DNA of 64,000 nucleotides from IMG/VR virus record IMGVR_UViG_3300028840_008185, positions 1 through 64,000 of that record; one strand, 5' to 3'. Under the pieces are notes generated by a model that did not search any database, was not told where the DNA came from, and saw only the letters and a list, made by a program, of their open reading frames with translations. The position numbers and the translations under genes were made by a program. Numbering within the stretch: the stretch's first letter is position 1; every line of letters starts with the position of its first letter. Shown here one piece after another: positions 33,208-42,960 of the stretch.

Positions 33208-33611
33208 TCTTTCTTCATCTTCACTGTTTCCACCTCATAAGAATATACATTACACTCTGGATCATAGTCATCTGATAATCTTCGGATTACTGTGTATTTC
33301 CCTGGATCAAGCGAATAGGGAACGACCTCTAACAAATCCCCAGCCTTTAATTTAAACCGCCTATCATCTTTCTTAAGTCTTACAATCTTGGACATTATTC
33401 CTTGCCCTTCATACTTTCAAGCTTGGCAATCAAATCGACCAATATGGCCACCCTGCATCCATGATAAAGACCAGCGGAGCCAAATTCCCAATGTTCATCA
33501 AGCCAAGATAGAATTTCATCAATCGCCTTTCCGCGTGCTTTTTTGGCCTCTTCCATCCAGAAACCTATAGCTGCGGCATCACTTTCATGTCTATCCATAT
33601 CTTTCTCCTTG

Positions 33612-33685
33612 CGGAACCGACGAGAGTCGCACTCGCTTTCTCCGCCGTGACAGGGCGGTACCTCCACTACTTCGGCCTCGGCTCC
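33612..33685 (-). tRNA. tRNA-Asp (GTC) copy 1
   Basis: CCGCC-CTGTCAC-GGCGG; G73. Confidence 0.85.
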
Positions 33686-33692
33686 ATTTCTG

Positions 33693-33764
33693 CGGGACCG
33701 ACGGGATTTGAACCCGCGTAACCTTGATCGACAATCAAGTGCATTACCATTATACTACAGCCCC
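33693..33764 (-). tRNA. tRNA-Asp (GTC) copy 2
   Basis: CTTGA-TTGTCGA-TCAAG; G73. Confidence 0.9.
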
Positions 33765-34169
33765 AATATCTTTAACTCTAGCAATAATCTCGCTAGTGCT
33801 TACCAATCCAGGCACATCAGGAACAATTACTAATTCCGCCTTAGTCCCCGCGACACCAACGACACGATCAACCTTTTTGAAACCCTCGTGTTTGAACACC
33901 TTATCAACACTAAACTGTGTGGATATATTCCACAAATCCCCAAGGGTGCTGATTATAAAGGCCGAATCAACTGGATACAGACTATTAACCATGGTCAAAC
34001 GCTCTTGCTCTGGGATGATTGGCCTAGAACTACCCTTGGCCTCTTTGACCATCTTATCACTATCCACGCCGACTATCAGCTTATCACACAACTTCTTACA
34101 ACTTTCAAGATAGACAACATGCCCGAAATGAATAAGATCGAAACATCCGCTTGTGAGTCCCACTATCAT
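33750..34169 (-). CDS. cytidylyltransferase-like (RfaE domain II/TagD family)
   Basis: GCFDLIHFGH (HxGH), LIVGV.SD, RPI..EQER, STS.II. Confidence 0.9.
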   Translation of the reverse strand: MIVGLTSGCFDLIHFGHVVYLESCKKLCDKLIVGVDSDKMVKEAKGSSRPIIPEQERLTMVNSLYPVDSAFIISTLGDLWNISTQFSVDKVFKHEGFKKVDRVVGVAGTKAELVIVPDVPGLVSTSEIIARVKDIGAVV

Positions 34170-34611
34170 TCTTTCAACTCCCTCAAAGTGGCCTTGTTAA
34201 ACATTCTCTCTACCTTGGTTCTATCGCCGCGCACCCATATCTCATCGTCGCTCACGACCTCTGTGACCACGCCAGTCTTTCCGTTAATGGCCTCAAGGAG
34301 CTTCAAGACAGACGAGTGGTGCTTCTTCCTGCCCTTCTTCGTAAGCTCGCCTTTAAGATGGAGGACTACTTTATCGCCTTCTTTCATTTGCCTCTCTTTC
34401 TTTCCATTAGCTTCAGGTCGCCCTGACAGTAAGTTTCCACTTCCCCATTGTTCCATCTAACCTTGGGCATATCACCCCATATCATAGCGACTACTTCGCC
34501 TTCAATTTCATCGCCGGGAGTGTATTTTCCGGTCGGGACACGATTCGATCTGTGTATTACTACATCACCAATCTTGAAAAATATGTCTTGCATTTTTCTC
34601 CTTTCAAAAAT

Positions 34612-34724
34612 AAGCCAGGAATAAACGCGCTGGGGTTAACTACTGGAATTGAACCAGCTTAGTTTCGTTATCAGCGAAATGCATTACCATAATGCGAAGT
34701 ATCCCAATCGCTGGACCTTGGCTT
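34612..34724 (-). ncRNA. Y-like RNA 2 carrying an unpermuted tRNA-Ile(GAT)-like D/anticodon/T body
   Basis: scaffold + GCAT-TATGGTA-ATGC, TTTCG-CTGATAA-CGAAA, GCTGG-TTCAATT-CCAGT. Confidence 0.8.
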
Positions 34725-34787
34725 GTTTCGTGGAACTAAAAAGTTTTGCATCGACAGCAAAATCTATCAATATCTTGATATTATTAG

Positions 34788-34860
34788 TGGAGTCGGAGGG
34801 ACTCGAACCCTCGCTCTCTTGGTTGCAAGCCAAGTGTTTTCCCAGTTAAACTACGACCCC
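34788..34860 (-). tRNA. tRNA-Ala (TGC)
   Basis: G3-U70; CTTGG-CTTGCAA-CCAAG. Confidence 0.93.
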
Positions 34861-34874
34861 AGAAAGGAGATATT

Positions 34875-35405
34875 ATGAAAACTACTACTAAAAATTGCCT
34901 AAATTGCGAACAAGAGTTTCAAGCCAGATTGAGTGAAATCCGTCGTGGCAACGGCAAATTCTGCTCCACCTCTTGCTCTTCCAAATATGCCGCAAAACAA
35001 AGGCCACCAAAAGAACCCAACTGTGAATGTGCCCTGTGTGGCAAGAAGTTCTATAAAAAACCATATAGCCTGACCAAATCCAAAAGTGGTTTGTTTTTCT
35101 GCTGCCGTGCTCACAAAGATGCCGCTCAGCGCATAGGTGGAATTGAAGAAATCATGCCACCACATTACGGGGCTGGCGTTTACGGAGATAGTAAGGCCTA
35201 CAGAAAAATAGCCTTTGCTCACTATTCACATAAATGTTGCCACTGCGGATATAATGAACATCCAGAAATACTTCAAGTCCACCATAAGGACAGAGATCAC
35301 AAGAATAACGATATTTCCAACCTCGAAGTGCTCTGCCCAACCTGCCACACTTGGCAACATTATTTAACCCAATCTGGGCTGTATAACGCAATGAAAAAGA
35401 CTTAA
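34875..35405 (+). CDS. HNH endonuclease with N-terminal Zn fingers (probable homing endonuclease)
   Basis: two C..C...F...FCS..C repeats; C..CG...LQVHHKD.D..NN...NL.VLCPTCH. Confidence 0.88.
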   Translation: MKTTTKNCLNCEQEFQARLSEIRRGNGKFCSTSCSSKYAAKQRPPKEPNCECALCGKKFYKKPYSLTKSKSGLFFCCRAHKDAAQRIGGIEEIMPPHYGAGVYGDSKAYRKIAFAHYSHKCCHCGYNEHPEILQVHHKDRDHKNNDISNLEVLCPTCHTWQHYLTQSGLYNAMKKT

Positions 35406-37025
35406 TCTTCTCTATCCACAATAAAAGCAGCAGTTAATATTTCATACAACTCAGAGGCATTTCTCGAAACCCAACACTCTTTTTCAAAATCATATTTAAG
35501 ATTTATAGCCTTCCGCCAATTTATTTGTGCTCGCATTTCAACACAGCCCCTTACTTGTTTTTAACCTTCATTTTTCTTATCCCTGCGAAGTTGGCGAAGT
35601 TCTGATTGCACCTCTTCCAGTTCCTCAAGCAACTCTTTTCTACGGCCAGACTCGATAGGCAAAGCAAGTGCTTCACATATCTCATATTTTTCGTCTTCTA
35701 GGTGCCGCATACGCTCTTCGTGAGTAACAGCCTTCTTCTCACCATGCTCATCCATTCCTTCAAAAGGCTCTTTGCCGCTCATTAAATTTCCAAGCACTTC
35801 AGCCACAATCTTAGCGGATTCCGTTCCAGGATTGTCCCCAAAATCCAGCTCGGTCTTGAGATTCTCGGAGCCACAAAACTTACAGACTTCATGTTTTCTT
35901 TTCTCGGCTTCTAGTTCTTCTGGTTTCAAGAACATAAAAGTCTTGCGCCCCGTCCACGAATATGACTTCTTACAATCCGGACATCTGGAAATATACCATT
36001 CCATCTGATCTTCCTTTCTTACTTACCACCAAATTGTATCTCATTATTGAGTATAGCTCCCGTAAAAGAATCAACCCATACCGTATACATCAAGCCCGCG
36101 TTTGGACAACCTTCTTTGCCAGTGACCGTTATGTTCCAAACTGATCCCTCCAACCTGGCCTCAACTTTTTCCTCATACGGACCAAAAGAGGTTTCAAAGT
36201 ATTTCTTAGCAGCTTTTGCCGCTTCGTCAAGTTTAATCGGGATCATTTTACTCCAAAAGAGAATCAATGCGCTTGTCTATCAAAGCGTTAAAGTAAGCAT
36301 CATACATCTTTTTCAAGCGCTTCTTTTGCCCAACCGTGGTAGGGAAAACAAAATTCTGCGCATGTAAGTCTCCATCTTTACATATGTAGATTGTCCTATC
36401 TAGCCTCTCCGTGACCAACAGACATGCGGTATAGCAGAATATCCTCCAGTCTTCTTTTTTCAAGGATTCCAACTTATCTATGAGCTTATCTATTTTTACG
36501 GTTTGTTTATTTTGCTCCGGGGCCTTTTTAGCAGTTGGACAGGCCATCAAAAATATTGCAGTAAGCAATACCAACAGAATCTTTCTCATTCTATTCTTCT
36601 TTCTCTTCACAATTTACGCCATGAAGCTCGCAGGAATGCTCCAAATCACCCATATCACGATACACAATGCCGTTCTGCTCCATGCAACAAACGGCCATAG
36701 CCGCAATCTTCCTTATGGCATGTAGAGCATCCACATCACAAAGGGGCGCGGCTTTGCGGCATACAACGTCCTCAGCTTCCTTCAAGTAGTTCTGCATGAA
36801 AAGAATCCACTCGGGGACTGTATGCTTTCCTCTGCTGGCAGCGTTGCCCCATAGACGATCCTGATATTCTCTTTCCTTACGAATAGCTTCAAGCGCCTTC
36901 TCCATTGCTCCCATTCTCTTCTCTTCCATCAATTCCTCCAAATCCGGCAAATGTTCATCTAAAACCTGCTCTTCTAGAGGCCTATCATCTTTCTCAAAAA
37001 TAGTCACACCTTTCTCCTTTCCAAG

Positions 37026-37097
37026 GGTGTCCGACGGAAGTCGAATCCGCACCGATAGGGACACAACCTATCATGCTGCCGTTACACTACGGACACC
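37026..37097 (-). tRNA. tRNA-His (GTG) copy 1
   Basis: G-1/C73; ATAGG-TTGTGTC-CCTAT. Confidence 0.9.
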
Positions 37098-37102
37098 ATA
37101 AG

Positions 37103-37175
37103 GGTGATCGACGGGATTTGAACCAGCAATTACCTGATTCACAGTCAGGCAGCCTACCGTTGGCCTACGATCACC
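37103..37175 (-). tRNA. tRNA-His (GTG) copy 2
   Basis: G-1/C73; CCTGA-CTGTGAA-TCAGG. Confidence 0.9.
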
Positions 37176-37905
37176 ATAATATTTCTTCATACTCAAAAGC
37201 CCATCTTAAAACATAAATACCGGCAGCAAACCAGCTTCCACTTATGCTCTTATTAAACTTATCTCTAAAGCCGGCATAATGCACAAAAGTATTGAAACTA
37301 ATTGTGAGCCCTGGACTACGAAGTTCTATCATAACTTAATCTCTACATAATTGGGGATTGGCCTTGACCACAAATAAAACAACAACTCACGCCAAAGGAT
37401 ACTATTAATGATGTGCCGAGATTCATTTGTGAGAGACTGTAAAATCTCGCTTACATTCCCTATGAAACATTCGCCCGGAAAAATGGCCGTTGGGTGTCTT
37501 AACTCTATCATCATATCTTATCGAGCAGATCTAATGTCTTTCTAATCGGCTCCCTTTTGTGTATGCCTTTGGAGTATGAGCATTCCAGTCTTTTCCAGAA
37601 TCTCTGAAGCTCTAGCTTGAGTTCCCAGGGCAGATGTATGTAGGCTCTGTCTATGAACAAGTTGCCACTACGCGATACGCCCACATCGATGTCGCCATCT
37701 TCAAAGTAGAAAGTGGACTCGTAATATCTACGCTTCCACTTATCAACGGGGATCCCCTGTATCCTGGCCACCAATCTTTCTGCTGAAGTATCGGGGCATT
37801 TTAACTCTTCTCGTTGGCTATGAGCGCAGCCAATCAAGAAGCTCATTAGCATGGCAAACACTAATAAAACTTTCATTCCTTACCTTCTCTTTCTCTCCAA
37901 AAATA

Positions 37906-38029
37906 AACCAGGAAAAGTGATAAGGGCAAAACCCTTCCCCCTTAATTTGGGGGAGCCAGGAGTCGAACCTGAGCTGACATGATCTGTTTTACGGACAGTA
38001 TGAAGTATCCCTATATCTGGACCTTGGTT
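37906..38029 (-). ncRNA. Y-like RNA 3 with permuted cargo (anticodon arm GTA, T arm, loop-closed acceptor)
   Basis: scaffold + CTGT-CCGTAAA-ACAG, CAGG-TTCGACT-CCTG, TCCCCC-AAATTAA-GGGGGA. Confidence 0.8.
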
Positions 38030-38031
38030 CG

Positions 38032-38103
38032 TGGAACCCCCCGGACTTGAACCGGGACTGAGAGATTTTCAGTCTCCTGTGCTACCAATTACACCAGGGC
38101 TCC
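38032..38103 (-). tRNA. tRNA-Phe (GAA)
   Basis: GAGA-CTGAAAA-TCTC. Confidence 0.92.
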
Positions 38104-38670
38104 TAATGGGTAGTTACCTACCCAGGTTCTGTAAAGTTTATATATTCTGGCTCATAAAGAATAGTGCCGTCTGTTTTCTGCAAACCGGAAAGAACAAATT
38201 TGCGCTGCTTTCCATCAACACAGTCAACCATATAGTAGGTATGCCAGCCGAGCCTCTCCTTCACAACAGTGCCCGCATATGATTTCTTGTGGCCAGACTC
38301 GTCTTTCATCCACCATCTGATATAGTGTCCTACTTTTGGGGCTGCCATTTTCCTTACTTACCTTTTCTTTGTTTAGATAATTCTTCAGCAATTTCATCTG
38401 CTTTAGCAACCAGTTCATCTGGCGATGTGCTTAGATCGCCATACCCACTTGTGCTATACCCTATAAGCTGCATCAGTTGAGTATAATCACCCTCACCAAA
38501 CATGCCTTGGGCATTCATTACGGCAAGATCATTGAGATTTAATTTACCAGTATCTAAAAGCATACGAACAATCTTATTCTCTTTGAACCTAATAACTTTG
38601 CCTGTTTCGTCCCAGCCGATTGGCTGCATTGGGTGTTCAAGATCTTTCGTGTTCATTCTTTCTCCTTTCG

Positions 38671-38758
38671 CTCCAGGGGAGGGCCTCGAACCCCCAATCG
38701 TGCCTTGCGGCTTCATACGTTAACAGCGTACCGGCTTCCCTACTTTGCCTACCCTGGA
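38671..38758 (-). tRNA. tRNA-Asn (GTT) with long variable arm
   Basis: TCCAGGG/CCCTGGA-G; loop CTGTTAA; V region GAAGCC-GCAA-GGCACGATT. Confidence 0.85.
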
Positions 38759-38764
38759 ATACTG

Positions 38765-38838
38765 AGGGCCGTGTGAGAATCGAACTCACCTCCTGCTGGT
38801 TAACAGCCAGCCGCAATACCCAGACATGCCAACGACCC
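38765..38838 (-). tRNA. tRNA-Asn (GTT), atypical acceptor
   Basis: GCTGG-CTGTTAA-CCAGC; GGGTCGT/ACGGCCC, no G73. Confidence 0.8.
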
Positions 38839-39639
38839 CACTTTTTAACCTTCCTCAAACTTCTTCTTCAGCCTCTCGTATTCTTTACGCTCATGTTCTT
38901 TGGCTTGAATATCATATCTCTTATTCTTCTTCTCTATCTCTTTCCGCCACTCATTACACAAGTCTGTAAAACTAACAGAATCGAAAAGCACCTCGTTAAC
39001 TTCATATACAGTGATTCTAAGAGTACCTTTCAAATATTCAAAGTCATGATCATGGAACAATGAATCCTCAATCATATGGTCAGTGCCCGTATCGTCATCG
39101 TGCGCCAAGCTTATCATCGCCCTTCTCATTTCCTCTCGCGAATCAAACGGACCAACGAACTCGGTCACTTCTCTGTGCGGCTTGAACGTGAACGCATATT
39201 TCATTATCTTACCTTTCTAAACTTGAAACTCATCAAAATATTCCAAATCTGACTGTGTAAATCCCAACGGCTAATAAAATTGCGGCTCGTCTCATCATCA
39301 AAGTGATACTCAGTTATACCATTTAGCATGAGAGCTTGTGCAATATACATCCCTCTGGCATTTGTCTTCACAGCCTTAATCATATTGCTGCACATCTTTC
39401 AAGCTGTTGTTCTCTCCGACACTTGAAATCATTTCCATCTTCACAAAATCAAACCATCTTAGCCTCTGGTCACACAACCCATCGAACGCGGACCATTTGG
39501 CGAAGATAGGCATGAGCAGATCGAACGCATCATACATCTCCAGAACAGCACCAACAACACGCGCTTCTCTAATCGCTTTACAAAAATCATGATAGTCTTT
39601 AAGCTCTATCTTCATCTTCTTGCCCTTCCAAACATGCTC

Positions 39640-40068
39640 TTACTGAGTCTCGGAATGAGTTCTTACTCGATGACAATTAGCACACACTAATTCACATTTC
39701 CCAATTTCTTTCAACAACCTTTCCTTAGACCAACCAAGATGAACGGCCCTAGCTATTTCTTTCTCTTTCTCACCGGACACATGATCAAAATCCATAACAT
39801 AATGAGGAAATCTTTGTGCGCAGTCTGTGCAGGGCTTATCTTTCAATCCAATAATAAACTCCCTAAGGTTTTTTCTCCTTTTTTTAACCGCCCTCACTAT
39901 TGTATTTCTTCTTTTAACATTTTCCTTATATTCCGATCTATAATACTCCGACACACATTCTTTACACTGCTTTCTGTGGCCCGACCTGTTGCTCTTCTTT
40001 TTGTGAAAACTGGCTATATCCAAAGTTCGGCCACATATTGTACATGTTTGTTCCATATTTCCTTTCAT
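39640..40068 (-). CDS. HNH endonuclease (DFDH type)
   Basis: C..C...F...CKEC; PC.DC...MDFDH...EI.KCELVCANCHRVRT. Confidence 0.88.
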   Translation of the reverse strand: MKGNMEQTCTICGRTLDIASFHKKKSNRSGHRKQCKECVSEYYRSEYKENVKRRNTIVRAVKKRRKNLREFIIGLKDKPCTDCAQRFPHYVMDFDHVSGEKEKEIARAVHLGWSKERLLKEIGKCELVCANCHRVRTHSETQ

Positions 40069-40073
40069 ATCGG

Positions 40074-40144
40074 TACTCCAGGGCAGACTCGAACTGCCAT
40101 TTTTCGGTTATCAGCCGAATGTATTACCGTTATACGACCGGAGT
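40074..40144 (-). tRNA. tRNA-Ile (GAT)
   Basis: TTCGG-CTGATAA-CCGAA. Confidence 0.9.
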
Positions 40145-40843
40145 CTGTTTATATCTTTCCCATATCTGCGTGTATAGTTTGCCAGCCTCTTGAGCGAACG
40201 AGTATGTTCGTTTGATATAAGAAATGCAGACGAACGCCAATAATGCCTATCACTTGCAGATCGGTTTTGGTATGGATTACATTTTTGCGCGTCAGCTGCG
40301 GCTTTCTATCTGTTATTTCCATTCATGACTCTCCACATCATGCGCAACTCTAGTTCTAATCCAATCGGCCATTACCCATCTATGACCGTTTATCCTTCGC
40401 ATTGCAGGCTGGATGGCCATAATTATTTCCCATGTTATTATCGTCGTGTTCTTACTCTTCCATATCAGCTCAATTTCCATAGGTCTTCCTTAAGTCTTAT
40501 TTTCCACGGACCAAAAAGAGGCCACATATTAACGTGGTGCATTTCTATTGTATTTATTCTACACATTACAGTCAGCACAGCCGAAAAAATAAAACCCAAA
40601 TCGGTTGGTTTTGGCCTTACTTCATCCTTTCTGCGATTTACAAGTTCCATGAATCTTCTCTGTCCGGATTGTGTTTGTAGTATGGAAAATATTCCCTGAG
40701 GGCACGCGGCATAGATCCACCAAAACCAATTTCTATAGTAGTCAGTAATCTCCAGTATCCATCTTTAACGGCATACCCATACATGGCATAATCAGCTTCA
40801 TCTTTGATTATGTTCTTAATTTCCATATCTTCCTCAAAAAACT

Positions 40844-41027
40844 GGCCAGGAAAAGGGCGCAAAGAGAAGCTGTCCCTCATTCGGGACGCACTCCCCAAAG
40901 GTGGGAACCAGACAACCAGGTGGGATGGGGTCATCTGGCCCCCAGCGAGCCACTGATGGGCTCGCAAGGTTTATCGTGGGGAACGCAGGAGTCAAACCTG
41001 AAGTATCTCTTTACTTGGACCTTGGCT
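40844..41027 (-). ncRNA. Y-like RNA 4 (T arm, acceptor stem with ~80-nt insert, D arm)
   Basis: scaffold + CAGG-TTTGACT-CCTG, CGTTCCCCA/TGGGGAGTG, GTCCC-GAATGA-GGGAC. Confidence 0.8.
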
Positions 41028-41213
41028 CAATTTTCTTAATTCTTTTACTTATTTGTCTTACAAAAACCATACACGAGAGTCTCTCATTAAGGGTATCCCA
41101 GACACTATCGAAAGCTTTAAAGTGGATAAAGTCGTCAACACCTCTATATGAGCGTATTACCTTGATACTCTTCATTATTATTCTTCCACCAAAAATATCG
41201 ACATTTGCGGGAC

Positions 41214-41282
41214 TCACTCCCGCGCGGATAGGCAGCCTTTCTTACAACGCCTAACGTTCGTAGAAGGCAACATCCATTTCAT
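41214..41282 (-). CDS. 22-aa peptide MKWMLPSTNVRRCKKGCLSARE
   Basis: GAGGTGG RBS coupled to the upstream stop; GC hairpin over its stop codon. Confidence 0.45.
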   Translation of the reverse strand: MKWMLPSTNVRRCKKGCLSARE

Positions 41283-41290
41283 ATCCCACC

Positions 41291-41581
41291 TCAGTTTAAG
41301 TTTATCTTAATTCCGTCATCTCCAAATATCTGGCATAAAACATAAGAAGTTCCAGAAGATAGGCAGCCGAACAGAAAACTTCCTACGACCACATTGGGGA
41401 ACAGTTGAAGTCCACAAAACCAGAACCCCAAGAAAACTGCTATTCCAGCCCAGAATCCCATGCACATCGAACAATGAAAGAACTTTGCTTTGGGTCTAAT
41501 TGGTTCAAGAATATGGCCATGAACTAATATCTGCGTAAGGCCATAACATATCAAAACAAATAGCATAGTCCAGCCGACCAC
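41291..41581 (-). CDS. DUF1360-like membrane protein
   Basis: TM segments with FHC.MCMGFW motif. Confidence 0.65.
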   Translation of the reverse strand: MVGWTMLFVLICYGLTQILVHGHILEPIRPKAKFFHCSMCMGFWAGIAVFLGFWFCGLQLFPNVVVGSFLFGCLSSGTSYVLCQIFGDDGIKINLN

Positions 41582-41601
41582 TTAATTCTCCTTTCTGGGT
41601 T

Positions 41602-41677
41602 GGATAAGCAGGGAAGATTGCAAGAAGAGTTTCCTGTTGGTTGGTAGAAGTATCTTCTTACTGGACCTTGCTTACCC
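41602..41677 (-). ncRNA. Y-like RNA 5 (short, no tRNA cargo)
   Basis: AGCAAGGTCCAG..AGATACTTC..TTCCCTGCT scaffold. Confidence 0.75.
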
Positions 41678-41679
41678 GG

Positions 41680-41751
41680 CAGGGGCGACAGGATTCGAAC
41701 CCGCGCCTTACGGTTTTGGAGACCGCTGTGCTCCCGTTACACCACGCCCCT
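41680..41751 (-). tRNA. tRNA-Trp (CCA)
   Basis: CGGT-CTCCAAA-ACCG; G73. Confidence 0.93.
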
Positions 41752-42100
41752 ATTTGTTGTATTTCTTTTTAAGTCTTTCAAGCTCAGCCAACTCTTCCGC
41801 TTCCTTAGCGGCCTTCTGTCTTTCTACTTCTTTTATTCTTATAGCACTCCACCATTCATCCACGGGCAAAGATGTTGGGGCAGCAGCTATGGTCATGGCT
41901 TCCAAGTCACACAGGTTTCTATCATATTCACAGCCATAGGAATAGTTTTCAATAAAATATGCTCTCGCTTTAACTTGTGCTTCTGCAAAATCCCTGGCTT
42001 CTATAATCTTAAAGTTAATCCCACAACCAATAGTATAATCACAACCTTCGCCACGCTGTTTGAGTATAATTACATATCTCATCTTTCTTCCTTTCTGTTG

Positions 42101-42184
42101 AACCCCCTGGAGGAATCGAACCTCTTCGCCTCCACCCAACGTGCAAGGCGCGGGTTTAGAAGACCCGTGTCGGGATCAGGGGGC
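42101..42184 (-). tRNA. D-armless 8/4 tRNA-like RNA, anticodon TCT (Arg)
   Basis: GCCCCCTG/CAGGGGGT, CGGGT-CTTCTAA-ACCCG, ~26-nt V region, GAGG-TTCGATT-CCTC. Confidence 0.75.
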
Positions 42185-42188
42185 TTAG

Positions 42189-42272
42189 AACTCCCTGGAG
42201 GAATTGAACCTCTATACCTTACACCAAGCGTTTAGAGGATGGGTTCGTAGCCCATGGCCGGGGTCAGGGAGC
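42189..42272 (-). tRNA. D-armless 8/4 tRNA-like RNA, anticodon ACG (Arg)
   Basis: GCTCCCTG/CAGGGAGT, ATGGG-CTACGAA-CCCAT, ~26-nt V region, GAGG-TTCAATT-CCTC. Confidence 0.75.
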
Positions 42273-42273
42273 T

Positions 42274-42960
42274 TTAATTTTCTTCATAATCTTCCAATGC
42301 CTCTTTGGCAGCCGACTTTACTCCTCCACTTGAATCAGATTCAGCCACCTTTTCGAGGTGCTTTCTAACAGAATTGCTTTCAATCACAGACTCAAGTCCG
42401 TATATCGCTCCTTCTCTGGCAAGAGCGTGAGGATGCCTGAGAAGCGGCAGGAGCGTCTTTTCCTTCTCAATCGGATGCAACTCCGACTTTCCTAGTACCT
42501 CGGCAACAAAAGTGAGATGGCCTGGTCCAAGCGTTTCGCTCTTAATCCATCTCGACAACTTTTCCGGATCCTCTTCCGCCATCTCCTCAAAATTATCTTC
42601 GCTGGGCTTGGGCCAACTTTCTCTTCTCAGTGGGCAGTGGCCCGGCGGACAAAACAAACTGTCATTTTCAATATGAATCTCAGTTCCAGTCCACTCGCAG
42701 TGTTCCTCTGGCTTCTCATAAGAGCACTCATAGCAACACTCGGGAATCTTTACACTTATTTTGTCGCCCTGGTATGGTCTAACTCCTGAAACATCTTTCT
42801 CTTTGTAGGACATACTTTCACTGTCCCACCACTTAATCCATATCATCCAGCCTTCAGTATCTTCTTTATCGATCTCATATATCGTGCCAATCCTACCTGT
42901 AGCTCCTACAACACTAAGACCAACCTTAAGTTTATCCTCTGGAAGCTCCGAAAGTTTCAT
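42274..42960 (-). CDS. multidomain protein with Cys finger and C-terminal HEAT-like repeats
   Basis: LLPLL.HP.AL.REGAIYGL...D.S.GVK.AA.EAL. Confidence 0.55.
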   Translation of the reverse strand: MKLSELPEDKLKVGLSVVGATGRIGTIYEIDKEDTEGWMIWIKWWDSESMSYKEKDVSGVRPYQGDKISVKIPECCYECSYEKPEEHCEWTGTEIHIENDSLFCPPGHCPLRRESWPKPSEDNFEEMAEEDPEKLSRWIKSETLGPGHLTFVAEVLGKSELHPIEKEKTLLPLLRHPHALAREGAIYGLESVIESNSVRKHLEKVAESDSSGGVKSAAKEALEDYEEN

